Numbered from the stretch's first letter, positions 32,846 to 43,065 are shown. The stretch: DNA of 64,000 bases from an uncultured Nitrospiraceae bacterium (GCA_963730935.1 CAVSTP010000004.1:1344001-1408000), one strand, 5' to 3'. Notes: generated by a model not told the origin, from the letters alone. Numbers and translations are program-made.

Positions 32846-33111
32846 TGGATGCCCTCCTCAAGGTTAACTGCGACTTTTTTATGTCACACGGTTCCCGCTG
32901 GCTTCACCGTCTACCGTTCATGAATCAAGGGGGGAACAGAAGGTGGTGCAGAATCAGCTGAGGCAACTCCACCGGAAAGCGGCGCCATTCTATACGCATG
33001 CCCACAAGGGATCAAGCGCAAAGGCATAGCCGCGAATCCATATCGGGCCTGACCTCTAAGGTGAATGCCCAGCTTGCCATTTGTGTTCAAATCGCTATAA
33101 TAGCGCCGCAG

Positions 33112-33537
33112 ATGACAGGCAAAACCCTAGTTCACACCTCTCGCCGACCCTTGCTTCACCTCTCAAGTTGGATGGTTTTCGGATTGGTCTCCCTGCTTCT
33201 CACGACGGCACCGGCTGCGGCGGAGCTGCTCGAGGTGGCGGACGTGATCGCTCGTCCGCAACACTACGATCGAAAAGAAGTGGTGGTCATGGGACAGGTC
33301 AGCGGGGTCCAGGCGATAACAGACAAACAGGGTCAGGCGGCGTTTCAGTTCCTGCTCAAGGACAACGCCGGGACACTGAAAGTGACCAGCCGCGTGCCAG
33401 TGCTGGATGGTGATCAGGTCATCGTCGAAGGTACCTTTACCCGTCGACGCCAAGGCGGCCGCATTGCCGTGTTCAACGAAGTGAGTGCCGTTCTCGTCCG
33501 CCCGCTCAACCGGTTCGATGCCGACCTCGTAGGATAG
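33112..33537 (+). CDS. Exported OB-fold protein
   Basis: Signal peptide; P..YD.K.V.V.G.V, F.LKD..G, GDQVIVEG; resembles 51342..51749. Confidence 0.7.
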   Translation: MTGKTLVHTSRRPLLHLSSWMVFGLVSLLLTTAPAAAELLEVADVIARPQHYDRKEVVVMGQVSGVQAITDKQGQAAFQFLLKDNAGTLKVTSRVPVLDGDQVIVEGTFTRRRQGGRIAVFNEVSAVLVRPLNRFDADLVG

Positions 33538-33663
33538 CTGCTCCGGTTTCCTAGGCCCTTTCCTAGTATTCAGTCCTCCCCACCCATATGAGAGTGAATA
33601 GAGGGAGTTGTCGTGTGCCCAGCTGGGCCCGCCCCCTATGAAACTCACAACAAGGAGGATTCC

Positions 33664-33975
33664 ATGAAATCAGTCATGATGTCATTTCTCGCTGCTGGAC
33701 TTTTGTGCTTCGGATTCGGGGCTGCACAGGCTGCGAATCCGATGTCGGAGAAGGAAGCTTCGCCCACCATCAAAGAGCGCGTCACGAAAGACACCGTCAA
33801 GGGCACCTTGATGAAAACGGAAGGTGAGTACTATTGGATCAAGGACGACGACGGGAAAGAAGTGAAGATCCATGTCGACAAGAGCACCAAGATGGACAAG
33901 GTAGTTGTTGGAGACATGGTCAAGGCCTACATTACGGACAAGGGCCACACCACCACGCTACAACGCGCGGACTAG
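33664..33975 (+). CDS. Small exported beta-barrel/OB-like protein
   Basis: AAGGAGG RBS; signal peptide AQA; VKGTL...VGDMVKA. Confidence 0.75.
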   Translation: MKSVMMSFLAAGLLCFGFGAAQAANPMSEKEASPTIKERVTKDTVKGTLMKTEGEYYWIKDDDGKEVKIHVDKSTKMDKVVVGDMVKAYITDKGHTTTLQRAD

Positions 33976-34063
33976 TGCTCAGAGACCTTGCAGACGCCGG
34001 TGACACCGCCGGCGTCTGCTGGTTGTCTACCAGACAGCTGTCTGGTCGGAAGGGGGTGTGTGT

Positions 34064-34246
34064 ATGGCACGCTACGGCAAGGGTGCCCAGAAATCCGTCA
34101 AGCGGGCAATGCATAAGCGGAAAAAGGGCACGCTGACCAGCGGCAAAAGCCGCAAGCGGGTCAAGAATCGCAAGCAGGCGATCGCGATCGGCTTGTCGGA
34201 GGCCCGGCGCAAGGGCGCCAAGGTCCCGAGAAAGAAAGCCGCCTAG
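34064..34246 (+). CDS. Small basic protein (DUF6496-like)
   Basis: GTLTSGKS..VKNRKQAIAIGLSEAR. Confidence 0.8.
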   Translation: MARYGKGAQKSVKRAMHKRKKGTLTSGKSRKRVKNRKQAIAIGLSEARRKGAKVPRKKAA

Positions 34247-34380
34247 CCATCCGGCTTGGCCCCGGTTCTTCAGTGGCCATCCTGACCTCATTTCAAGGGT
34301 GGCCACTGCTCCTGTCAACATCCTCATTTCTCCTCTCGCACTAACGGCCTGAGATATTCATTGCGCAGGCAGGAGGACCT

Positions 34381-34755
34381 ATGCGGAAGCCGCACACGAC
34401 ATTGACCGATGCCTTTCACAATTTTGCGAAGCAGCTGGCTGCTGACGTCGGCTCGCCGTGGGTATTTCTCGCGGCGCTCTTGGTTGTCGTGGTCTGGTCG
34501 GCGACAGGTCCGTTGTTCAGGTACTCCGACACGTGGCAGCTGGTCATCAACACCGGGACGACCATTGTGACCTTTCTCATGGTGTTTCTGATCCAGAACA
34601 CCCAGAACCGCGACGCCAAGGCCATCCATCTCAAACTCGACGAATTGATCCGCAGCGTCAAAGGCGCGCGGAACACACTGATCGATCTCGAGGAACTGTC
34701 GGAAGAAGAACTCGACGACCTGCAGCGCCAATTCGTGAAACTTCGACGCCGTTGA
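34381..34755 (+). CDS. Low-affinity iron permease (Fet4-like) family protein
   Basis: YSDTWQLVINTGTTIVTFLMVFLIQNTQNRD, LKLDELI. Confidence 0.9.
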   Translation: MRKPHTTLTDAFHNFAKQLAADVGSPWVFLAALLVVVVWSATGPLFRYSDTWQLVINTGTTIVTFLMVFLIQNTQNRDAKAIHLKLDELIRSVKGARNTLIDLEELSEEELDDLQRQFVKLRRR

Positions 34756-34841
34756 GAGAAGCTGAGGAGTCAGGGTCCTCCCCAGTTCAGGGGTTTACTG
34801 GAGTGTTGTACAAGCGGAATATCGATCGAAAGGAGCGCTTC

Positions 34842-35231
34842 ATGCCGAACACCAATGCCTCGTTTTCACCAAAGATGCGCAGTGATGAATTGAAGCAGCA
34901 GATCGGCAAGCTCGAACAGCTGGATCATCGGACGCCGGTCCTGCCGACCCTCGATGGATTCGATGCCGAAACCGAAGCGTTGCTCGGGCGGCTGTATGGC
35001 ACGGGTCATAAATATGTCGAAACATACAAGTACGCCACGGTCGCTGAAGCCGAAGCGCTGGTCAATCTGCCGGAATCGGCCCAGGAGCCCCTGGCCAAGG
35101 ACCTCCCGAAAACTGCCGTCCAGCAGCGTCGGCAAGTGCTGCTCAGTATCCTCACGGAAATGCAGGACATGGAAGGCCGTGAAGTGTCCATGCTGACGGG
35201 GGAAGACCACGAAGATCCCCCTCAGGTCTAG
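34842..35231 (+). CDS. Hypothetical 129-aa protein
   Basis: AAGGAG RBS before ATG 34842; helical composition. Confidence 0.7.
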   Translation: MPNTNASFSPKMRSDELKQQIGKLEQLDHRTPVLPTLDGFDAETEALLGRLYGTGHKYVETYKYATVAEAEALVNLPESAQEPLAKDLPKTAVQQRRQVLLSILTEMQDMEGREVSMLTGEDHEDPPQV

Positions 35232-35346
35232 TCCCCGCCTAGGATTCTCTTCCCTCTATCTAGTCGCCTCTTGACGGCGTACGCGGGATGATTATTTCTA
35301 ACAAGGCGTTCATGAAGATTTTGTACCACGCTCGGGGAGCGTCAAC

Positions 35347-35565
35347 ATGAACAACGTACGTAAAGAAATCCGCGATCTCATTAGCATCAACGAAAAAATT
35401 CAAAGCGCGTTGCTGCACGGTGATCGCATCACCGACGACGAGGCCGTGCTCATCCGCCAATGCGCGAGCGAGCTGCTGGAGAAAATCCCGGCGCCGTCTA
35501 AGACCTGGACACGAGTGGCCCCGACGATCGATGCTCACGACCGACCCGATGGGCATGAGAGATAA
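35347..35565 (+). CDS. Small hypothetical protein
   Basis: GGAG RBS; amphipathic 72-aa ORF. Confidence 0.55.
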   Translation: MNNVRKEIRDLISINEKIQSALLHGDRITDDEAVLIRQCASELLEKIPAPSKTWTRVAPTIDAHDRPDGHER

Positions 35566-35805
35566 AGGAACGGGATGAAAGACTCTGCGCCGACCGCGAG
35601 GTCACAGCGAGCCGTCCCAGCTCTCACAGACCTTCGAGCGACAAAAAACGCGACTCCTGTACAAACACCGCACGCCAAGTGCTGAGTGAGCCCAGCCGTT
35701 TGAGGGCCATCGCTACAGGGTGTTCTTCCAAAAACCTGCACGATTCTCCCAAGATCTTCGCGGTCAATCTCGGCACGAGTGCACACCCGGCCATACATGA
35801 CACAA

Positions 35806-35821
35806 TGGCATCTCACTTGCT
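35806..35821 (+). promoter_or_regulatory. Sigma54 -24/-12 promoter upstream of the Pal-like gene
   Basis: TGGCAT-CTCAC-TTGCT matches TGGCAC-N5-TTGC. Confidence 0.65.
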
Positions 35822-35863
35822 TACCAAAGAGTTGAATAACTCACTGTGTGGCAAGGAGGCAGC

Positions 35864-36424
35864 ATGAACAAGCCAGCGGAACTCATACTTTTGGGCGCTT
35901 TGGGTCTGGGATGCTTGCTGCCGCAAGGCTGCGCCACCCAATCCGGCTCGGTCGGCGGAGACGAGTACGCCGAGGAGCAGATTGACGAACCCGTGATCAA
36001 GCACATTCTTCCTCCGGAATACAGCATCAACGCTTCTCGACCGCGTCCCTCGAGGGCGGAACTATCGGCGCTGAATGCAACCGGACTTCCTGCAGGCGCC
36101 CTCTCGGATGTGTTGTTTGATTTTGACGAGGCCGTACTACGGCGGGACGCGCTGCCCCTGTTGGAAACCAACGCAAAGCGGCTCATGGATGACGGCGTCT
36201 CTCGCCTCACGCTCGAGGGTCGGGGCGATGAAATCGGTACCTCCGCCTACAACCTTGTCCTGGGGGAGCGCCGTGCAAAGAGCGTCAAGTCGTATCTGCA
36301 GGAACTCGGGCTATCGGTTCAACTCAGAACCACGAGTTACGGCAAGGATCGACCCCTCTGCTTCAAGCACAGTGAGGCCTGCATGCAGAAAAACCGCAGT
36401 GTGCACTTCGTCGTGAAGGAATAG
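35864..36424 (+). CDS. OmpA/Pal-like peptidoglycan-associated lipoprotein
   Basis: Lipobox-like PQGC; FDFDE, EGRGDEIG, YNLVLGERRA, SYGKDRP, KNRSVH. Confidence 0.9.
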   Translation: MNKPAELILLGALGLGCLLPQGCATQSGSVGGDEYAEEQIDEPVIKHILPPEYSINASRPRPSRAELSALNATGLPAGALSDVLFDFDEAVLRRDALPLLETNAKRLMDDGVSRLTLEGRGDEIGTSAYNLVLGERRAKSVKSYLQELGLSVQLRTTSYGKDRPLCFKHSEACMQKNRSVHFVVKE

Positions 36425-36461
36425 TTCCCTCAATCCCCACGTTCAGGGTTGTCTAGCCCAT

Positions 36462-36497
36462 AAAGCCCGCTTCCTTTTTTCGGGAAGCGGACTTTTG
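36462..36497. terminator. Intrinsic terminator-like hairpin after the Pal-like gene (possibly bidirectional)
   Basis: AAAGCCCGCTTCC/GGAAGCGGACTTT stem with T-rich flank. Confidence 0.65.
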
Positions 36498-36794
36498 CAT
36501 TTGGATCAGGCATTTCCCGATCTTCCTCAGCCGCTGTTATCCTAATTGAGACGACTGGGGAGATGCCCCAGATTTTCCGTCGTCGGTTGCCGCTTTTCTA
36601 ATCCAGGAACATCTCGAGCGGTTCCGCTCAGAAATACATGTAATATCAGCTCCAAATGATAGCACTTGTGACGATTGGATGGTCGGAATCCCACCGGACA
36701 CATCTAGGGGAGTTCCTAGTACGCTGATCCAATGAGCCATCCTATGATCCCCATCGATAGCATCACTGTGATCGCTCCACACCGGGAGGGTGCC

Positions 36795-36983
36795 ATGACC
36801 CGTCAATGTGCGTGGTGTGCAACGTACCTCGACTTCGTTTCATCCGAAACCTGCGTGACCCATGGGATCTGCGAGAGTTGCGTGGAACGGATTCGCCACG
36901 CCACACTTGAAGAGCTTGCACCTCCACCTGAAAAAATTCTCGTCGGCGATGGCCACCTGGCGCCTTCGCTGATGAGGACCTGA
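36795..36983 (+). CDS. Small Cys-rich protein
   Basis: CAWC...THGICESC; GGAGG RBS. Confidence 0.65.
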   Translation: MTRQCAWCATYLDFVSSETCVTHGICESCVERIRHATLEELAPPPEKILVGDGHLAPSLMRT

Positions 36984-37005
36984 TATCGCGACCGGTCCGA
37001 GAGCC

Positions 37006-37644
37006 TCACTGACGTTCCCGGCTGAGCAGTTCGCGTTGAAAGTCTTCCAACTGTTTGGTCAGTCGGTCCAATTCATTGCGCGTCTCCTCCAGCCGGTGTT
37101 CCGCTGAAAGCACTTTCCCCTCCTCGAACTGACCGAATTGTTCCTGCAAGCGCCGACTTTCCACGACGAGAACGTTGGTCAGATGACGGCCCAGCTCCTG
37201 ATCCGTCAGTGGCAAGACGTCCCGACTCTTGATGGCCATTTCGGCTTTAAGAACTCTGACGGTGCGGCCTAGATCCTGCGTCCGCTCGAACAGTTCCTGC
37301 CTCAACTGATCCGTTAGAAGCGACAGTCGGCGTGCCAACAGCTTGTACGCCACAATGAGCCCGGCGATTGCCAGGAAGGTCACTGTTCCAAAGAGCCGGT
37401 TGGTCAAGGCAATGGGTGGAGGCACCAACGGCGGAGAGAGTGCATACCCGACGAACATGAGGGCAATGCACACTGCGGCAACCATCAGCGGGGAATAGAC
37501 AGACGCGATCCAATAGGTAAGTCCAAGGGGGATGACATAGAGCAGCCAAGGAGTGAAACCCAGACCGGTGCGGACGTCGATGAAGAAGACCGCGGCAAGA
37601 AGCACCGCGATGGCGACTGAAACGCCCAATTGTTGAAATTTCAT
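37006..37644 (-). CDS. Membrane protein with 4 TM and C-terminal coiled coil
   Basis: TM block resembling histidine kinase input regions (LYVIP, TNRLFG); no kinase domain. Confidence 0.75.
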   Translation of the reverse strand: MKFQQLGVSVAIAVLLAAVFFIDVRTGLGFTPWLLYVIPLGLTYWIASVYSPLMVAAVCIALMFVGYALSPPLVPPPIALTNRLFGTVTFLAIAGLIVAYKLLARRLSLLTDQLRQELFERTQDLGRTVRVLKAEMAIKSRDVLPLTDQELGRHLTNVLVVESRRLQEQFGQFEEGKVLSAEHRLEETRNELDRLTKQLEDFQRELLSRERQ

Positions 37645-37833
37645 TTACGGGGACTCGAGCGACAGACAGAGGTCAAGCGCCTCCTGTAAGAGCGCCTGAC
37701 GTGTGATCGCCAGATTGCACGTCGGACAGGTCAAAAATCCTCCATTCGGAACCAGCGCTGAATCCTTGCAGTGCGGACAGGCCGGCGTCCCGAGCACGCA
37801 TGATGGACGTGTGATGGTCGGCAAAATATCCAT
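37645..37833 (-). CDS. Small Zn-ribbon protein
   Basis: CPHC...CPTC; abuts the downstream start. Confidence 0.55.
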   Translation of the reverse strand: MDILPTITRPSCVLGTPACPHCKDSALVPNGGFLTCPTCNLAITRQALLQEALDLCLSLESP

Positions 37834-37980
37834 AGAAGCCGCCTTTCAGCTAGGTGAACTGCTGGTGACGTCGTCCGAAGAAACGAGAAACGATGCAGGA
37901 TGAATGAGGAATGAGAACTGAGGAAAAATTTTCGGCTATTCTACAGACTTGGAAAAATTTGTAAAGGGCGGGCGGTGAAA

Positions 37981-38212
37981 GGATGGTGGGCCTGTTGCTC
38001 CGACGACGGGTAAAGCCGCACGCCCTGTCGTTGCTTGGCTCCGCAACTTGTTCCGTCCATGGTCTTCGTCCGAACGGAACTTCAACAATGCTCGCCATCG
38101 CCGCCTGGGAAAAGGGAGCGTCTTGGCGCCGCCCAGGGTTGGGCGGGTGAGAATGCAACCCCAGCGACAGGGCCATGCGACCCGTCGCAAGTCGCTTCCA
38201 GCCCCACCATCC
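37981..38212 (+). repeat. Structured intergenic repeat, copy A
   Basis: GGATGGTGGGCCTG/CAGCCCCACCATCC closing stem; core shared with 49445, 50227, 63450. Confidence 0.85.
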
Positions 38213-38350
38213 TCCCACTCATGGGGAACAAGCAGAGAGACCGGTCCCACGATGTGCCATGCACTATCGCTTCCAATCCGCTATCCTCACTCTAATGGCT
38301 GGTACCCAGCGGGAAATTGAGCATGCAGGGATCAGATGTAGAAATTGAGG

Positions 38351-38389
38351 AAATTAAAAGAGCCCGCCTCCCTTTCGGAAAGCGGGCTC
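38351..38389 (-). terminator. Intrinsic terminator downstream of the SIMPL gene
   Basis: GAGCCCGC/GCGGGCTC stem followed by TTTTAATTT on the minus strand. Confidence 0.7.
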
Positions 38390-38511
38390 CTCTCTTGGAT
38401 TTTGGCAATGTTTCCATTGCCGTTTTCTAAGATGACCTCATCGTATCAAACAACTCAAAAAGGGGGCCTGGGAAAATGACCAGAACGTCCTCGAAAAACC
38501 TCCAGCAGCCC

Positions 38512-39261
38512 TTACTCTTGGCCGATCTCATAGACCAGGGTCACCGTCGCCTCGACCTTGATTTCGCCGGAGAAGACCGGCGCCTCGCCACCGCCGCCTT
38601 CCATAGCCATCATTGACCGGGTCATCCTGGGCACGGGGTGCACAACGTGGCTTTCCTCGGTCGCGTTGAGCAGACGAATCAGCCTCACCTTCAAGGCCTC
38701 ACTGAGCGCCGACGCCTTCTCGCGGGCTTTTGCCGCCGCCTGTTTGAGAACCCCGAGCTTCGCCTGCTGCTCGTCACGAAGCGCCCAATGCAGGCCCTGG
38801 AACTGATTCGCACCCGCGGCGAGCGATTCTTCGATCGCCGGACCGACCTTGTCCAGATTGCGTAGTTCGACCGCTATGGTATTGCTGATGATGTAGCCGA
38901 TGATCTCCGGCGGCTCGGCCAGGCCTTCGGAGCGTTTGCGCGGCGGCCTGTATTGAGGTGAAACCGCAAATGACGCGGTCTGGATACGTTCATTCTCGAT
39001 CTGCAAGGCACGTAGGCGCTCCACGACCTTGTTCATTACTAGTCGGTTTTGCCGCTGAGCTTCCCCGACGGTCTTGCCCGTCGTCTCCATCCCCAGGGTC
39101 ACGAATGCGGTATCAGGCGCGAGCGAGATCTGAGCGTGGCCCGTGACCGTGATCGCCGACCTTTCTGGAACATCCTCGTGTGCCAGCGCCGCCCACGGCA
39201 CGACCAGCCACGTCATGAGCAACAAGACTATCATGATGGACCTCCCCTTCTGCGCTGCCAT
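38512..39261 (-). CDS. SIMPL (DUF541/YggE-like) periplasmic protein
   Basis: Signal peptide; ITVTG...PDTA, IQT..F.VSPQY, GAN, GEIKVEATV. Confidence 0.9.
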   Translation of the reverse strand: MAAQKGRSIMIVLLLMTWLVVPWAALAHEDVPERSAITVTGHAQISLAPDTAFVTLGMETTGKTVGEAQRQNRLVMNKVVERLRALQIENERIQTASFAVSPQYRPPRKRSEGLAEPPEIIGYIISNTIAVELRNLDKVGPAIEESLAAGANQFQGLHWALRDEQQAKLGVLKQAAAKAREKASALSEALKVRLIRLLNATEESHVVHPVPRMTRSMMAMEGGGGEAPVFSGEIKVEATVTLVYEIGQE

Positions 39262-39271
39262 GAAACCTCGT

Positions 39272-39769
39272 TTAACACTTCATGCGCGTCCATCGCCGGC
39301 TCAAAACCAGCATGGTCACGCCCGTGATGCCGCCGAAGAGCCAGGTTAAGAGCCGGAAAGGAAACCAGAAGAAGGCGATCGCGGCCTCGATCGTTGGAAA
39401 TCGCAGGCCTTCAACCATGTATTGAAGACCATCGCTTTGAAAGATGGGATATAGCACCATGGCAACCAGTCCGGCAACGTACCCGGCAAGAACCGAGTAC
39501 ATGATGGTCGAGAGGATGGGAAGCTGCCCGTGATGGCGACGGCTCGTCCACCAGAGCAGCAAGAGCGCCAGCGTTGTGACAAAGACGAAGAGATAAGGCA
39601 GAAAGTACGCGCCCCGCATCCAAAAGCGAATCCAGCGAACCATGAATGTCACAAGGGCGATGCCATAGGCCAGGAGGAGACTCGTCGCCACTAGTAAAAG
39701 GCGTTTCCCCGGTCCCAGCCGAAAGAGAATGGTCTCGGAAGCGTGACGTCTGTGTGACTCATGGCTCAT
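39272..39769 (-). CDS. Hypothetical 4-TM membrane protein
   Basis: Hydrophobic segments; longer ORF-track start overlaps DUF72. Confidence 0.65.
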   Translation of the reverse strand: MSHESHRRHASETILFRLGPGKRLLLVATSLLLAYGIALVTFMVRWIRFWMRGAYFLPYLFVFVTTLALLLLWWTSRRHHGQLPILSTIMYSVLAGYVAGLVAMVLYPIFQSDGLQYMVEGLRFPTIEAAIAFFWFPFRLLTWLFGGITGVTMLVLSRRWTRMKC

Positions 39770-39856
39770 CAGCAACCTACTGTATAAGGAGGATGCAGAG
39801 AGGTTGCAATGTCGCTGAGCATGTTCCTGACGCCGGCCGTCAGAGTACAATGTCGC

Positions 39857-40768
39857 ATGGCATTGTCTTCCTTGGTGCGATTTGGCACCTCCACCTGGAC
39901 GTACGAAGGTTGGAAGGGAGAGGTCTATAAACAGACCTATCCGAAAGGCCGGTTCAAGCAGGACTGCCTCGCGGAATACGCACGCTACGAGCACGAAGGG
40001 GCACCGCTCTTTCGCACGGTCGGCTTCGACTTCAGCTTCTACGGTCCCCCAAGTACGAAACAGCTCGAGCATTATGCGTCATTGCTTCCGGAAGGATTTG
40101 AAGCCTGCGCCAAGGTGTGGGAAGAAATCACGATTCCTGTGTTTCCTCCCGGGCTCCGCTATCGCAGCAAGGCGGGACCAAATCCGCACTTTTTGGACGC
40201 GGACTACTTTCTCGAGCAGGTGCTGCCGCCCTTCGAGCAGGCATTTGGACCCTATACGGGACCTTTCATCTTCGAATTTCAACGGACGGGGCTCGAGCCG
40301 GCGACGTTTCTGCCTAAGCTCGAGGCGTTCCTTGCCCGCCTGCCGACGAAATTCAAGTATGCCATCGAGGTCAGAAATCCCGCCGTCCTCGGCTCCGAGT
40401 ATCGCCGCGTGCTCGAAGCGCACGGCGTGAGTCACGTTTACAACCATCTCTACGGAATGCCAACGATCGCCCAGCAGCACGAAAAGCTTGAGCGGCAGTT
40501 CACGGCCTCCTTCATCCTCCTGCGCCTGCTCACGCCCCGCGACAAGAAGTATCACGAGGCCGTGAAGGCTTATGAGCCATACGACAAACTGGTCCGACCA
40601 CTCCCCGAGATGCGTGAAGCTGCGGTCCGGCTCGTGACGCAGGCGGTGGAAGAACGCCGGCGCGCATATGCTCTCGTGAACAATCGCAGCGAAGGCCACG
40701 CGCCCGGCACGGTGAAAGCCATTCACGACATGTTAGTGCACCACGAGACCGTCCCTGACGCCATGTGA
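39857..40768 (+). CDS. DUF72-family protein
   Basis: RFGTSTWTYEGW, FSFYGPP, YAIEVRN, VNNRSEGHAP; alternative start 39809. Confidence 0.9.
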   Translation: MALSSLVRFGTSTWTYEGWKGEVYKQTYPKGRFKQDCLAEYARYEHEGAPLFRTVGFDFSFYGPPSTKQLEHYASLLPEGFEACAKVWEEITIPVFPPGLRYRSKAGPNPHFLDADYFLEQVLPPFEQAFGPYTGPFIFEFQRTGLEPATFLPKLEAFLARLPTKFKYAIEVRNPAVLGSEYRRVLEAHGVSHVYNHLYGMPTIAQQHEKLERQFTASFILLRLLTPRDKKYHEAVKAYEPYDKLVRPLPEMREAAVRLVTQAVEERRRAYALVNNRSEGHAPGTVKAIHDMLVHHETVPDAM

Positions 40769-40873
40769 GCAGATTGCACTGGGGAATTCCCGGGCGCCAG
40801 ACATCTTGTTCCAGGCCAAGGGACAATCGCTTCTTCCGCCGGCACTACTCACCATCCATCGCGTACTTAGAAT

Positions 40874-40889
40874 AGGCACCTCGTTTGCA
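40874..40889 (+). promoter_or_regulatory. Sigma54-type promoter
   Basis: AGGCAC-CTCGT-TTGCA about 130 nt before ATG 41019. Confidence 0.55.
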
Positions 40890-41018
40890 CGATCTCCTGT
40901 TGAGGTTACCGCACCTTTGTCATCCGACCAAGAGGCCGCACCATGGCGGGTGCCTCACTCCTCGTTGGGATCCACGCCTCGATTGCCGAGGCAAACAGCA
41001 TACAAGGAGATACGCACG

Positions 41019-41237
41019 ATGGAAGAGTTCATCGAAACAGTCTTTGACAATCGATTTTTCCAACTGCCTTTCTTGGAAGCTTTGCCTTATGTCGCCGGGG
41101 TCTTGTTAGTCGGCGCGATCATCGTAGGCCTTACGCGACGCGCGCTGGGCATCGCCTCGCCGCCGCCAGTCGCGACGACGTACGAAGAACGGCCATCGTA
41201 TGAAGAAGAGTGGAGGGAATGGAAAAAAGCAGCGTAG
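41019..41237 (+). CDS. Single-TM microprotein ending KKAA
   Basis: AAGGAG RBS; one TM; 72 aa. Confidence 0.7.
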   Translation: MEEFIETVFDNRFFQLPFLEALPYVAGVLLVGAIIVGLTRRALGIASPPPVATTYEERPSYEEEWREWKKAA

Positions 41238-41274
41238 TGGGATGGTGCGCCCTCGCTCCGGCGAAGGGCGCTGC

Positions 41275-42435
41275 TTAAAATGCGAAGAAGGGGCCGGTGC
41301 CGAGGCTGCTCGACTGCCCTTCGATGCCGACGAACACGGTGCGGCCGAGAAAGAATGGCAGTCCCCAATCGAATGTCGAGAAATCCCCACCCAGGTTGTT
41401 GAAGGCGGAGTTCCGCGTGTTCACGAGGCCTTGCGTATTGCCCACCTGAAAAGACACAACCGCCTGGCCGCCGCTCGCGCCGGAGAGGGTTGCCGAAAGA
41501 TTGACAGGGTTGGGTGGACAATAAAAAGGGTCCAAGGGCATCGCACAGTCGGCGAAACTTGTATCGGGGAAAAATAACGCATTGGAGCCAGAATCGATAA
41601 TGCTTTGCGCAAAGGTGCTTCCCTTGTAGACGGTCGTGACAAACCCATGCGCATTGGTCCGCAGGACGGCAGACGGCGGCGTGCTGCTCGCCGCCGGATC
41701 GATGCCGAGGATCAGCGAGCCTGTGACCGATGCAGCGCCGGAGGCAGGAACGTTGGGCAATGTGATCACCACGCCGTTATTCCCGGAGGGCAGCAGCCAC
41801 ACTGGATTTTGCACCTGATCGACCACTGAGACCACGGCACCGGCACAGGAGCCGGCCTGGCAAGAAAAATATAAGGTATTATTGCTGTTCACCGCACATA
41901 CCGATCCGCAATCCTGCCGAAAGAGGCCGATGCCGAGAATTCCGTTCAGGTTGGCGTCGACCGGATCGCTGTCCACCGTATCATTGCAGGGATTGCTCGA
42001 GACCGACTGTCCTCCGAAGGTCGGGGTAATCACTTGGATGGGGACACGAACGGCAGGCGCCCCGCCAAGCACCACATCGGCGATTTGCACCGGACCCCAG
42101 CTCGTACTACCGTCCGCAAAGAAGGCACACTCTCCAAGCGCGCGACCTTGGGCATCCACCGTTTGCGTGAGTGGCATCGACAACCGGGAACCAAACACGC
42201 GCAGACCGACGGATCCGACGTCCACAAGCACGTCTGATATCGTTTGACAGTTGCTCGTACCGGGTTGGCAGATCGTGACGGAGGCACATAGCTCGTTGAT
42301 CGTCACGCACACATCGGACGTACCGACCGAGATCGGTAGCGAGCCAGCGCTCGGGGTGGAACCTTTCTTGTCATCGCCGCTGCCGCATCCGGCAAGTAGG
42401 CATAGGGAGACCACGGCCACGCCCATCCGTTTCAT
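41275..42435 (-). CDS. DUF3443-family lipoprotein with pepsin-like aspartic protease motifs
   Basis: Lipobox LAGC; LVDVGSVGLR, NGILGIG, IIDSGSN, FDWGLPFF. Confidence 0.85.
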   Translation of the reverse strand: MKRMGVAVVSLCLLAGCGSGDDKKGSTPSAGSLPISVGTSDVCVTINELCASVTICQPGTSNCQTISDVLVDVGSVGLRVFGSRLSMPLTQTVDAQGRALGECAFFADGSTSWGPVQIADVVLGGAPAVRVPIQVITPTFGGQSVSSNPCNDTVDSDPVDANLNGILGIGLFRQDCGSVCAVNSNNTLYFSCQAGSCAGAVVSVVDQVQNPVWLLPSGNNGVVITLPNVPASGAASVTGSLILGIDPAASSTPPSAVLRTNAHGFVTTVYKGSTFAQSIIDSGSNALFFPDTSFADCAMPLDPFYCPPNPVNLSATLSGASGGQAVVSFQVGNTQGLVNTRNSAFNNLGGDFSTFDWGLPFFLGRTVFVGIEGQSSSLGTGPFFAF

Positions 42436-42911
42436 TGAATGTCCTCTGGCCTGATTCCGGGTGGCAATTGAGATGGAAGGTACGCGCGTCCCCAGAGCGA
42501 GCGGGAATGGCCGGCCCGTTCGACAACCAAGCGGTCGCTCTTCATCTTGAAGGGCTCTCGAGCTCGCGGCGTGCGGCTGCGAGAAGCGGCAACTTCCTCC
42601 CGATACTCTTCGAAATACTCCCCCAATAGAAGCTTCAAATCGGGGACGCCGGTGCCTTTCCAGACGACCGCAAAGACCACGCCGTCTGAGGAGACATATT
42701 CGTTGATCTCCATCCCGGCGGCTGTGATCGTGTCAACGGAATAGCCGGTTCCGCCCCGACGCTGGCGCTGCCCGTTCAGCTTCGCCCGATCATCTTCAAC
42801 CGTGGTAGCTGATTGCCCCAGGGCGCCCCACACTGGTGGCAGTATGACGGGCGCCAATACCATCACGAGCGTAGCCGCGCAGATGAGAACCCTCACAGCC
42901 CCACCTCGCAT
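42432..42911 (-). CDS. DUF2844-family exported protein
   Basis: Signal peptide; EYVSSDGVVFAVVWKG..PDL..LLGEYF, GRAYLP; ATGA-coupled to DUF3443. Confidence 0.85.
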   Translation of the reverse strand: MRGGAVRVLICAATLVMVLAPVILPPVWGALGQSATTVEDDRAKLNGQRQRRGGTGYSVDTITAAGMEINEYVSSDGVVFAVVWKGTGVPDLKLLLGEYFEEYREEVAASRSRTPRAREPFKMKSDRLVVERAGHSRSLWGRAYLPSQLPPGIRPEDIQ

Positions 42912-43065
42912 AGGATCGGGACCACTGTACCTAAGCTGAGGTCCCGGGGGAAACCCCTACTTTAGTTCTCCCCCCCGGCTTTGACGATTCCCACCGAGTG
43001 CGCGGCTCCAAGGAGAGAAGGGGAGCGCATGTTGGGGAGATGCGCCCCTGACGAATCATTTTTTT

